55,457 bases of DNA from a virus (lineage: Duplodnaviria; Caudoviricetes): positions 1-55,457 of the IMG/VR virus record IMGVR_UViG_3300020472_000032. The stretch is one strand, 5' to 3'. The notes below the pieces were generated by a model. That model was not told where the DNA came from, searched no databases, and was given only the letters and a program-made list of their open reading frames with translations. Positions 46,884 through 55,286 of this stretch are shown here, in pieces; positions within the stretch are counted from its first letter, which is position 1; each line of letters starts with the position of its first letter. The position numbers and the translations under genes were made by a program.

Positions 46884-47516
46884 TTATCTCCTATATCCAA
46901 GGTCGTTAATGAACCGTAGGATCTCTTCCTTGAGATACTTTTGGGCTTTCTTGTCGTGTTCAGTAGCTCTAGCAACATCCATAAGCACATTTCCCTTACG
47001 ACCATGGTTCATTAGCTGTTCGTAAATGGGATCTGGATACGCCTGCGGAGCACTCGGATTAGCAACGATATCGACTGTGACTATTTCAAAGTCGCTAACT
47101 TTACCATCTTCTGTAACGTTACCGCTACCTCGACTAGATACGCCTAGTTTTACACCACTCTCTATTAGGGTTGTACAAATGTTTCCCATTGGAGTAGGCA
47201 ATAATTTTAGCTTACCAATCCCATCTGATCCTTGCATTTGAATATTTTGAATCACATGACTCACTCTATCCAAGTTAATGTTTAGATCATCTGGATGATC
47301 GGCTTCGCCTAATACACTATATCCACCTTCAATTTTTTCTTGCAATGATTTAACTGCATTATTAATCTCATTTAGTGGATAAACTCGTCCGTTATGATTC
47401 TGCTGTTCACCCTGTATGAAAATGCCTTTCATATACAGGTCTTTGCCCTCGCTGTCTTTTTCAGCAACGAGAGCGGCCTGTGTAGGTGACATTGTTTCAA
47501 TTAAAGTTTGCATCAT
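46884..47516 (-). CDS. 21: prohead protease (T4 gp21-like)
   Basis: GIFIQ..NHNGRVYP, LGEADHP, VSH, LGVSSRGSG, DIVANPSAP. Confidence 0.95.
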   Translation of the reverse strand: MMQTLIETMSPTQAALVAEKDSEGKDLYMKGIFIQGEQQNHNGRVYPLNEINNAVKSLQEKIEGGYSVLGEADHPDDLNINLDRVSHVIQNIQMQGSDGIGKLKLLPTPMGNICTTLIESGVKLGVSSRGSGNVTEDGKVSDFEIVTVDIVANPSAPQAYPDPIYEQLMNHGRKGNVLMDVARATEHDKKAQKYLKEEILRFINDLGYRR

Positions 47517-47521
47517 CTAAC

Positions 47522-48382
47522 TTACTTCTTTGCTCGTTTTGTTTCAGTCATCTTAGGTTTAGGTGCTGAACTCAATTTAGCATCTTGATTGTCTGTGCCC
47601 ATGCTACCAGATGATGGAGCAGATCGGCCTTTTTCTTCGCCGCCTTTTGTCATATCAACTGTTTGACCACTGCCAAGGTTTTTATCGCCAGGTCCTACAG
47701 GACTAGCTTTGTTATCAGCATGATCGGCATTGTCTGCACTTTTCTTTTCAGTATATTCACGTAGATCTTCATCTAGATCTTCTGTCTTAGCTTCTTCTTT
47801 AGCATCGTCCTTAGCTTCTTCTACAGCTTCGTCTTTTGCTTCTTCAACAGCTTCGTCAGTTTCTTCAGTCTTTTCAGCAACTGGTTGTTCAACACTTTCT
47901 TCTGGCATTTCTGGCATTTCCATGTCCATATCCATGTCAGCTTCAGCTTCGTCACCGGCTTCGTCACCCATGATTTCTGCAAATGTTGCTTTAAGTTCTG
48001 CTAGAGCGTCTTCTACGTTCATAATAGCATCTTCGGCTTTTTCAGCATCGCCTGATGGTGCTTCTTCGTCGCCCATTTCAGCTTCGCCTTCTTCATCTTC
48101 GCCGTCTTCACCAAAGTATTCTTCGGCTTCGATTTCTTGTTTGTCTGTCTCGACATCGTCAAGGAAGTCAGCTTCGTCGTCTTCACTACCGAAGTCTTCA
48201 TCAAGTTCTTCCTCGTTAGCTTCGTCTACGATTTTCTCTTCTTCAATCTCATCCGATTCAACAAGGTCTGACCATACTTGACGGGCAAGTCCAACATAAT
48301 ATTCATGCAGAAGTTCTTCTGCCTGCTCTTTGTCCTCATTAATGAGGTGTTCCAGAGCTTTTTCTAGTTTTTCTCGACTCAT
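47522..48382 (-). CDS. highly acidic prohead core protein (gp67/68-position analogue)
   Basis: Very E/D-rich; between portal and protease. Confidence 0.65.
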   Translation of the reverse strand: MSREKLEKALEHLINEDKEQAEELLHEYYVGLARQVWSDLVESDEIEEEKIVDEANEEELDEDFGSEDDEADFLDDVETDKQEIEAEEYFGEDGEDEEGEAEMGDEEAPSGDAEKAEDAIMNVEDALAELKATFAEIMGDEAGDEAEADMDMDMEMPEMPEESVEQPVAEKTEETDEAVEEAKDEAVEEAKDDAKEEAKTEDLDEDLREYTEKKSADNADHADNKASPVGPGDKNLGSGQTVDMTKGGEEKGRSAPSSGSMGTDNQDAKLSSAPKPKMTETKRAKK

Positions 48383-48514
48383 AATAAATCTCCCGTTAGT
48401 AGAGTTAATACGTTTTTATTTAAGACGTCTTGGTAATACGTCTTGGTAAACACCTGTCAAAACCGTCTTTTTGACAGAAAATGCCTGTAGAGTGCCATAA
48501 ATGCCTGGATTAGT

Positions 48515-48715
48515 TTAAGCCTGTTCCCCTTGGAACCGTGTGCCGTAAATTTGTTTATATAACTTAATACGTTCAAGTTCTTCTAGTTTTTTACTAGCAT
48601 TGAAACTTTTAAGTTTATTAAGGTGCCTTAATGTTAGCCTAGGGCGTCTAGCTTGATCAATATCAATTTTACTAAAATCGTCTCTTGAACTGTCTTTAAA
48701 TTCTACTAAACGCAT
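48515..48715 (-). CDS. small head-cluster protein
   Basis: MRLVEF...RRPRLTLRHLNKLK...YG; between portal and core genes. Confidence 0.7.
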   Translation of the reverse strand: MRLVEFKDSSRDDFSKIDIDQARRPRLTLRHLNKLKSFNASKKLEELERIKLYKQIYGTRFQGEQA

Positions 48716-48759
48716 GTTTTAATTCCTAATTGTAGTATATATGCCTAGATGTCTTACTT

Positions 48760-50439
48760 CTACGTAAGACCGGTGTCAGAATCGGGGTTTTCGCCACCAC
48801 CTAGTGGTGAATCGTCTCCAGTTCCTACATCATCTATGTCTGCATCTGGTGCTATATCTACTGCGGTATCTGTATTAAGCTCTTCTGGTCGCATACCAAC
48901 TGCACTTAATCCACTACTTGTATTACTGCTTTGATTAAGTTCATCAATAGTACCCATTTCTTCTTTCCACATTCTTTCGTTTTCAATGATCTCGTCTTCA
49001 TTGAGTCCAAGATACTTGCTTAATATAAAACGTCTACTTAGATAAGGAACACCTTCAAGATTGTTAAACAATCCAGAACGTTGTGTATCTAGTTCAATGC
49101 TTCTATAATCACTGAAGCTCTGTGGTTCTAAGAAACGCACTTCAAATGTTTGTGCTGGTACTTCAATGCCTTTATGTTTACAGTACATTTTAAATTCTTT
49201 GTCAAATACATCCTGCATGATGTTTTGTAATCGTAAACAATACCTATTGAATCTGTATTCCTGAATAAATGCTGTACCAACTCTGCCATCATTGTATGAG
49301 GAAGTTCCATCATCTGGTCCTGTTGGTAGATAACTGCTAGGCACACGCAATGCTCTAAGCATTTTGTTTGTAAAGTATTTTAAATCATCAATTTGACCTA
49401 GGTTTTCACCGCCTGGTAACACTTCAACTTTAGAACCTCTACCTTCGGCAGTTTGTGCAAAGAAGTAGTCTTCCATAATGGATAATGGATTATAACTGCT
49501 ATCCATAATGTTAGCACCACCACCTGTTTTAGAAGGAATACGTCTTTGATGAATTTCGTTTTTAACTCGCTCAACAAAACTGATTGCTTTGTGTGTTGGC
49601 ATGTCGCCAACGTCTACATAAAACACTCTGCGTTCTGGAGCTCTTTGTACTCTGTATATAATAATAGAATCTTCAAGTAATTCTTTTTGCTTGTATGTTT
49701 TAAAGATAGGATCTAGTATACTGTTACCAAAAGGAAAGTTTGTGTCCATTCCTTCGCTTAATGCAACATGCACAATATGTTCGGCATCAACTGCAAACTC
49801 TTGTATCTGTCCTGAATTGTTTTGAAACACACCACTAGGACCACTCATGCCAGGTGTTTGTCCGCCTTTAGCTAAGTTGTCTATTGTGTTGTAGCTATCT
49901 TTATGTTGTTTAATTTCTGTTGCTACAAGTGTTTGTAAGTTCAAGTCTATATTTTTAAGTATGTACTGCTCAGGTTCCTTGCCCTTACTATCATTTAAAA
50001 TAACTTTAGATACGTCAACTGGATTAGCCCATATAAGTTTATATGTTTCTGGATCACGTATAAAGATTTGATCTCCGTACTTAATAGTGTTTCTGAATAT
50101 TCTAAACAAACGTCTATCAAATTCATTTATATTACACCATTGCCGTAATGCTGTGTTAAGTACGTCTACTTCACTTTCTGTGCTATCTTCTTTATAATTG
50201 ATTTCAAAAGGAAGATTATCATCATCTGTAACTTGTGTACTAAACTCACTAATTGTATCTAATGCGGCATTTATTTCACTATCCATATCCATTGCGTCAT
50301 ATTGCATATAACGCTCAACACGATTAGGGTGGCCGCTGTATAACTCAGGTAGGTAACTTTGCCATCTATTTGCACTAGGAGATGCTTTATCGCTTCCTTT
50401 ACCACCTTGATATACTGTAAAATGTTTTTTCCAACTCAT
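48760..50439 (-). CDS. 20: portal vertex protein (T4 gp20-like)
   Basis: LLEDSIIIYRVQRAPERRVFYVDVG, EDYFF..EGRGSKVEVLPGGENLGQIDD, ALRVPSS. Confidence 0.96.
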   Translation of the reverse strand: MSWKKHFTVYQGGKGSDKASPSANRWQSYLPELYSGHPNRVERYMQYDAMDMDSEINAALDTISEFSTQVTDDDNLPFEINYKEDSTESEVDVLNTALRQWCNINEFDRRLFRIFRNTIKYGDQIFIRDPETYKLIWANPVDVSKVILNDSKGKEPEQYILKNIDLNLQTLVATEIKQHKDSYNTIDNLAKGGQTPGMSGPSGVFQNNSGQIQEFAVDAEHIVHVALSEGMDTNFPFGNSILDPIFKTYKQKELLEDSIIIYRVQRAPERRVFYVDVGDMPTHKAISFVERVKNEIHQRRIPSKTGGGANIMDSSYNPLSIMEDYFFAQTAEGRGSKVEVLPGGENLGQIDDLKYFTNKMLRALRVPSSYLPTGPDDGTSSYNDGRVGTAFIQEYRFNRYCLRLQNIMQDVFDKEFKMYCKHKGIEVPAQTFEVRFLEPQSFSDYRSIELDTQRSGLFNNLEGVPYLSRRFILSKYLGLNEDEIIENERMWKEEMGTIDELNQSSNTSSGLSAVGMRPEELNTDTAVDIAPDADIDDVGTGDDSPLGGGENPDSDTGLT

Positions 50440-50497
50440 ATGATTTTTTCCATAACTGTATCGTTCTATTGTATGTTATTTATGGTAACATGTCAAC

Positions 50498-52774
50498 CTA
50501 AGAATCAAATCCCCTATTTCTCATTTCTGCTTCTTTTACATTTAGATGATTAAATGCATGTATTCTAGATTCATCTACATCATCTCGTATTTCTTTAAGT
50601 AAGGCTATTTGTTCTGTATGTCCTTTTTCACTAATTACACCTATTCTAGTTAATAGATCTGCTTCACTAGTTTTTTCAATATCTAAACCAGCCATAATAT
50701 CACCTAAGTTAGCTTTTCTAATATTATTAACAGCGGTGGTAATTTCATTATTCATATTAGTATTGTCAGCTGGTGTAGTATCATTGTCGCTTCTAGATTG
50801 GTTCCATTTATAAATTCCATAGCCAGCGGCCCCTGCGGCCGCTAATCCAGCTATAGCTAAAAGAACTGGACCAGATATAGTACCTACTAAAGCAGTACCG
50901 GCCGCTATTGTTAAACCTGCACCCACTCTAGCTATTTTTAATCCATTGCGTTTTATACCATTAAAAAGATTTTTCCAAAAATTACCGCCACCAGATTTTG
51001 GTTTACCGCCTGGCTTTGATGATCGATCACCTCCGCCGCCTAATATTACATCCGGGTCTAAAGATCCTCCGCCGCCGTCTCCTCCGCCTTCGGCTTGTTG
51101 CAACATACTCCTTGCACCAAATATAGATGCAATAGTTGCTAATTGAGTAGCAGTAAGACCACCACTAACATCTTCAGAACCTGTCATTGTTTTAATCATT
51201 TCAACAGTTGAATTACCTAAACTTGCAATGCCGGCGGCATCACCTATTTGTAATTTAACATTAGTTCCAGGTATTGTAAATCCTGTAGCGGCAACCTTAG
51301 CCATTGTTCTATTCCACTCAGTTTCAAAATTTCTATATACAGTACCTAATTGTCTAGCACTATCTGTATTTCCTTGAAATATGTCAAGTGCTTCACCTGC
51401 TTGATTGCCGGATCTCTGTAATAGATCTTGCAACATACTTAAACCCGTCATGGCTCCGCCACTAGCTGTTCCTTGATTTAAAGCAATAGCAGACATATCT
51501 CCTCTTTGCATATTGTTCACAATAGAATCTGCAATTCCTGCAAATGCTCCTATATCTCTTTGATTATATGCTTGTATTGCACCAACTATCTGATTACCAC
51601 CTAGAAGTTGATTTAACTCTAGTAATTGTTGTCCGCCATCCATTTTTCTAAGTACAGTTTCTATGTCAAAACCAGTTTGGTTAGCTATATTACCAGCTCT
51701 AGTCAACATTTTGCCTTGTTCACCAAATGTAGCTTCTAACGCATTTGCCGCCGCCCGTTGTGCAGATCTTTCATCGGGAGATAATCCAGCCAAGTAAAAA
51801 CTGGACATAGGATCTAAGTTTTCTGCCATTCGACTTCGTAATAACTCTCTTCTATCTGCACCTGTTATATTTGCCATAGCTGTAGTTTCATATAATAAAG
51901 CATTTAAACCAGTTGATGTACTCTGTAATGCATTATTAATAGTTTCTGTTGATTTCCCCATTTTTTGTTGAGAATCAATATAGTCTAACATAAGAGCATT
52001 AATATCATTAACATTCATACCAAAGTGTCCAAATTGGTCTGTAACCTCTTTAAAACGTCCACTCATACCTGCAAATTCTTTCATGCCTTCATCTACATTA
52101 TCACCTAACATGCCCAGGGCGATACTATTTTGTTCTAGACCAGATGATAAGTGAGATAATCTTAATCCTGCTTCACCGGCGGCAATTCTTAAATCTAGCA
52201 TATTAGTGTATAATCCGCCACCTGCTATAGTTGACATTTTTTGTGCTTCTTGTATAAATGTATCAGCAACACCTAACGCAAAACCTGTTGTGGCCGCGGC
52301 CATGTCAGTAGCACCACCTATTAATGCTTTAGCAACTGAGCCAAACTTATTAGATTTGAAGAAACCCGTCATTCCGGTTATCTGAGATGCTAAGCCACCT
52401 ACACCCATAACTATTGGTAATAGTGTACCTTTTAAAGATGTATTGCCATCTTGCAATGATTTAAAACCAGCCGCCAGCTGTTTAGAATTGGCTTCAAAAT
52501 TCTTTTTTGCTGTAGCTAGTTGTTGAGCTCTATCTCTATCTGCTTTTTTATTGTCTTTTCTATCGTTTGTATTTGCAACCTCATCTTGTTTGTTTGCTAC
52601 CTTTAGATGCTCTTCCATCTTCTTTAAGCCAGCAGACGAGATTTTATTGCCTCGCATTATAGATTTTAATACACCTAGAGATAAACCTGTATGAGTTGCA
52701 ATCTCACGAGCAGTAGCGTCTAACGCAAAATCTGGAATATCTGCCATTCCGTTGTCAAATGTAACTGTTGCCAT
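50498..52774 (-). CDS. tape-measure-like protein (gp29 analogue)
   Basis: About 758 aa, Ala/Gly-rich helical with hydrophobic segments; divergent from gp26; likely start MATVTF at 52774. Confidence 0.6.
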   Translation of the reverse strand: MATVTFDNGMADIPDFALDATAREIATHTGLSLGVLKSIMRGNKISSAGLKKMEEHLKVANKQDEVANTNDRKDNKKADRDRAQQLATAKKNFEANSKQLAAGFKSLQDGNTSLKGTLLPIVMGVGGLASQITGMTGFFKSNKFGSVAKALIGGATDMAAATTGFALGVADTFIQEAQKMSTIAGGGLYTNMLDLRIAAGEAGLRLSHLSSGLEQNSIALGMLGDNVDEGMKEFAGMSGRFKEVTDQFGHFGMNVNDINALMLDYIDSQQKMGKSTETINNALQSTSTGLNALLYETTAMANITGADRRELLRSRMAENLDPMSSFYLAGLSPDERSAQRAAANALEATFGEQGKMLTRAGNIANQTGFDIETVLRKMDGGQQLLELNQLLGGNQIVGAIQAYNQRDIGAFAGIADSIVNNMQRGDMSAIALNQGTASGGAMTGLSMLQDLLQRSGNQAGEALDIFQGNTDSARQLGTVYRNFETEWNRTMAKVAATGFTIPGTNVKLQIGDAAGIASLGNSTVEMIKTMTGSEDVSGGLTATQLATIASIFGARSMLQQAEGGGDGGGGSLDPDVILGGGGDRSSKPGGKPKSGGGNFWKNLFNGIKRNGLKIARVGAGLTIAAGTALVGTISGPVLLAIAGLAAAGAAGYGIYKWNQSRSDNDTTPADNTNMNNEITTAVNNIRKANLGDIMAGLDIEKTSEADLLTRIGVISEKGHTEQIALLKEIRDDVDESRIHAFNHLNVKEAEMRNRGFDS

Positions 52775-52824
52775 TAAATACCTACATAAATAACTGTGTG
52801 TAATAAAGATACACAATGTATTTA
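52775..52824. promoter_or_regulatory. divergent late promoters (tape measure / gp26)
   Basis: TAAATA on plus at 52775-52780 and 52787-52792; on minus at 52819-52824. Confidence 0.6.
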
Positions 52825-52837
52825 TTAAAGGAAAATC

Positions 52838-53668
52838 ATGTCAGATAACCCATTACTGTCTCATATGAGGCAAGAAACTGTTTTTGTTAGATTACCTAGT
52901 AAAGGAAACTTTTATAAGGATCCGCCAGACTTAACTAGTGACGGCGAAATAGGTGTACGAGCAATGACTAGTGCAGATGAACTTGCACTTAAAGTACCTG
53001 ATGCACTTTTTAATAGTGAAGCAACATATAGAGTATTACAAAGTTGTTGTCCTCGTATTAAAGATCCTAAGCAAATGCCATACAATGATGTTGATGTTGT
53101 ATTAATGGCTATACGTAGAGCTACATATGGTAATGAACTTACAGTACCAGTAGAATGTAAAAATGAGAAATGTAAACATCAACAAGATTATATAAAAGAA
53201 ATAGATCCAATTCTTGCACAAATTCCTACTCTCGAAGATCAATATACTGTAACAGTAGGAGATCTTACAGTCTATATTAGACCTATTGATTTGCATAGTA
53301 CAACAGAGTTACAACTACAAGCAGTAGAACAACTTAAGATTAATGATACTTTAACTGATTTCGAAGGTAAGCAGGAAGATATAAAAAAATTCCAGGATAG
53401 TATGAGAAATATAGCGGATAGCAATTCTAAAATTATCAGTCGATGTGTTTACATTGTAGAAATGCCAGATAAACAAAGGGTTGAAGATCCTAATCAAATA
53501 CAAGACTGGATTAATAATATCGATGTTTCTGCATATAATGACATTATGAAAAAGTTACTTGAAATACAAACTGTAGTAATTCAAGTACACGTAGAAGGCG
53601 AATGCATTAAATGTAAAGAACCATTTAAACAACCAATCGTAGTGGATCAATCACATTTTTTCGCATGA
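52838..53668 (+). CDS. 26: baseplate hub assembly protein (T4 gp26-like)
   Basis: LPSKG, MT.ADE, D.D..L.AIR.ATYG, two CxxC-type Zn knuckles, C-terminal FF. Confidence 0.85.
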   Translation: MSDNPLLSHMRQETVFVRLPSKGNFYKDPPDLTSDGEIGVRAMTSADELALKVPDALFNSEATYRVLQSCCPRIKDPKQMPYNDVDVVLMAIRRATYGNELTVPVECKNEKCKHQQDYIKEIDPILAQIPTLEDQYTVTVGDLTVYIRPIDLHSTTELQLQAVEQLKINDTLTDFEGKQEDIKKFQDSMRNIADSNSKIISRCVYIVEMPDKQRVEDPNQIQDWINNIDVSAYNDIMKKLLEIQTVVIQVHVEGECIKCKEPFKQPIVVDQSHFFA

Positions 53669-53707
53669 GCGTCGCACGTAATGACTACCAGCAAGTCAGG
53701 GCGGCGC
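53656..53707 (+). other. putative -1 programmed ribosomal frameshift signal
   Basis: In-frame T TTT TTC heptamer (53656-53662), 6-nt spacer, then stem GCGTCGC/GCGGCGC with inner TGACT/AGTCA. Confidence 0.7.
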
Positions 53708-53913
53708 AGGAACAAATGGATGCTGAAAGAAAAGATGGAATAGCTCAACTTATGGATACAGTATTGTATACCAATGGTGCATTTTCTTATCATGACTTAT
53801 TAAAAATGGAACCATTGGAAATAGAAATTCTAGTAAATAAATTTACTGAAAAAGTAGAAAAAGAAACTGCGGTGACTCAACAACGAGCTGGAAAGAAATC
53901 TGTAAAGTTATAA
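53665..53913 (+). CDS. gp51-like hub assembly chaperone / frameshift extension of gp26
   Basis: In the -1 frame of gp26; FSYHDLLKMEPLE resembles gp51/GT-type chaperone tails. Confidence 0.6.
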   Translation: MSVARNDYQQVRAAQEQMDAERKDGIAQLMDTVLYTNGAFSYHDLLKMEPLEIEILVNKFTEKVEKETAVTQQRAGKKSVKL

Positions 53914-54378
53914 ACTGTTTCGCCTACGAACAAATTCCTTGTCATCATCACTCCAACTTCCATAATACCCTTGTTTATCTAGCGTCTTACTTGCACTAAC
54001 CAATGTACTAAATCGTTGTAGCAATAACAAACCTGCTAAACCAAAATTCATTTCAACACCACTTACTAATTCATATTTCTCAGGATGGTCCATTAATAAC
54101 CAAAAGTCATGTGGTTTCCACACAACATTGAATTGTAACTTTGTTTTAAGCATACTTTCAAATGGTCTATCATTATGAAACCACCATATAGCAACATCTA
54201 AACTGTCGTCCCAATCTGCCGCGACATGACTAAGCTCGTCCCAGTTTTTAAATTTTTGTATACTAACTCGTTCATCTAAAATTGCTTTTTTAGCAAACGG
54301 ACATGGTGGAAAATTGTTTAGTAACGGATTTGGTCGACTTACAAAATTATATACCCAATTCTGGATTTCTTCATCCAT
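53908..54378 (-). CDS. DUF1415-like protein
   Basis: WV..FV...PPCPFAKKA, DHP, LLLQR..L; start at ATG 54378 overlapping the upstream stop region. Confidence 0.6.
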   Translation of the reverse strand: MDEEIQNWVYNFVSRPNPLLNNFPPCPFAKKAILDERVSIQKFKNWDELSHVAADWDDSLDVAIWWFHNDRPFESMLKTKLQFNVVWKPHDFWLLMDHPEKYELVSGVEMNFGLAGLLLLQRFSTLVSASKTLDKQGYYGSWSDDDKEFVRRRNSL

Positions 54379-55270
54379 TGAAGTAATTGTTAAGTTCCTC
54401 GGCTGTTTGTTTACACTTGTCATAACTACTGCCTGCTACAAATGCTAGGCGTTGTCCTCCTGGTGGATTAGCTTCTTCGTTATTGTCTATATCATAGTAC
54501 ACGAAGTTTATTCCTTCTGCAACCGAAAACTTTACTCGGTCTGCTAGTTTCATCTTATATGTTTTATTTAACTTGCCCCAAATTGGTATAGTACAGCCTC
54601 CTATATCGTCAGTTATAGGTCGCCATGTTCCTTCATTATAAAAGTATTTGATTTGTTTTATATACTTAGGTCCCCAAGCATACATCATTTCTACATTTGG
54701 TCTTAAATGAACTTCTATACATTTTCCATCTATAAACTCAAAATTAACTGCACCCTTATATCCTATTAGATGAGCTTCTATAAAGTTTAATACAAACTTT
54801 CTGCGATCTAATGTTGTTAGTTCTTGCTTTTCATTTAAATCTATAGTTTCCCAATAGCTAAATTTGCCTTCGCCTAAACTATGTCCTACTGTAATACGCC
54901 AATCTAAAAACTTACCTTCATTAACTACAACATCAACAGTTGAATGTTCTCCAGCTAGTACTTCCATACAAATATGAGCAGGTGTATAGTTTTTAATGTA
55001 ATCTTCAACATCTTCACATAAATTAGTTCCTATACCCATACCCCAAAGGTTTTCAATTGGTTTACTAAAGCATGGGATAAAGTCAGGTTTAGACTTTCCG
55101 TGTCTAAACCATTTCATGTTTTGATAATCTAGAATCTTACGTTTATCATATATCCAAGCATATTGCGGATACATTTCAATACTACTAGTATCCCACAAAG
55201 GAATATCTGCATCAGATAGTAGATCATGTTCCTCACAGTATTGTGAGAACTGTTCATCATCTAACCACAT
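54371..55270 (-). CDS. ATP-grasp fold protein
   Basis: IYDK, PCFSKP..NLWGMG, ME.LAGEH..VD, YKGAVNFEF..CIEVHLR; AGGAGG RBS. Confidence 0.7.
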   Translation of the reverse strand: MWLDDEQFSQYCEEHDLLSDADIPLWDTSSIEMYPQYAWIYDKRKILDYQNMKWFRHGKSKPDFIPCFSKPIENLWGMGIGTNLCEDVEDYIKNYTPAHICMEVLAGEHSTVDVVVNEGKFLDWRITVGHSLGEGKFSYWETIDLNEKQELTTLDRRKFVLNFIEAHLIGYKGAVNFEFIDGKCIEVHLRPNVEMMYAWGPKYIKQIKYFYNEGTWRPITDDIGGCTIPIWGKLNKTYKMKLADRVKFSVAEGINFVYYDIDNNEEANPPGGQRLAFVAGSSYDKCKQTAEELNNYFNG

Positions 55271-55286
55271 TTACTAATTCCTCCTT

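Noticed and set aside
47730-48281. 183-aa Ser-rich plus-strand ORF
   Set aside because: Mirror of GAA/GAC-rich codons of the acidic core protein
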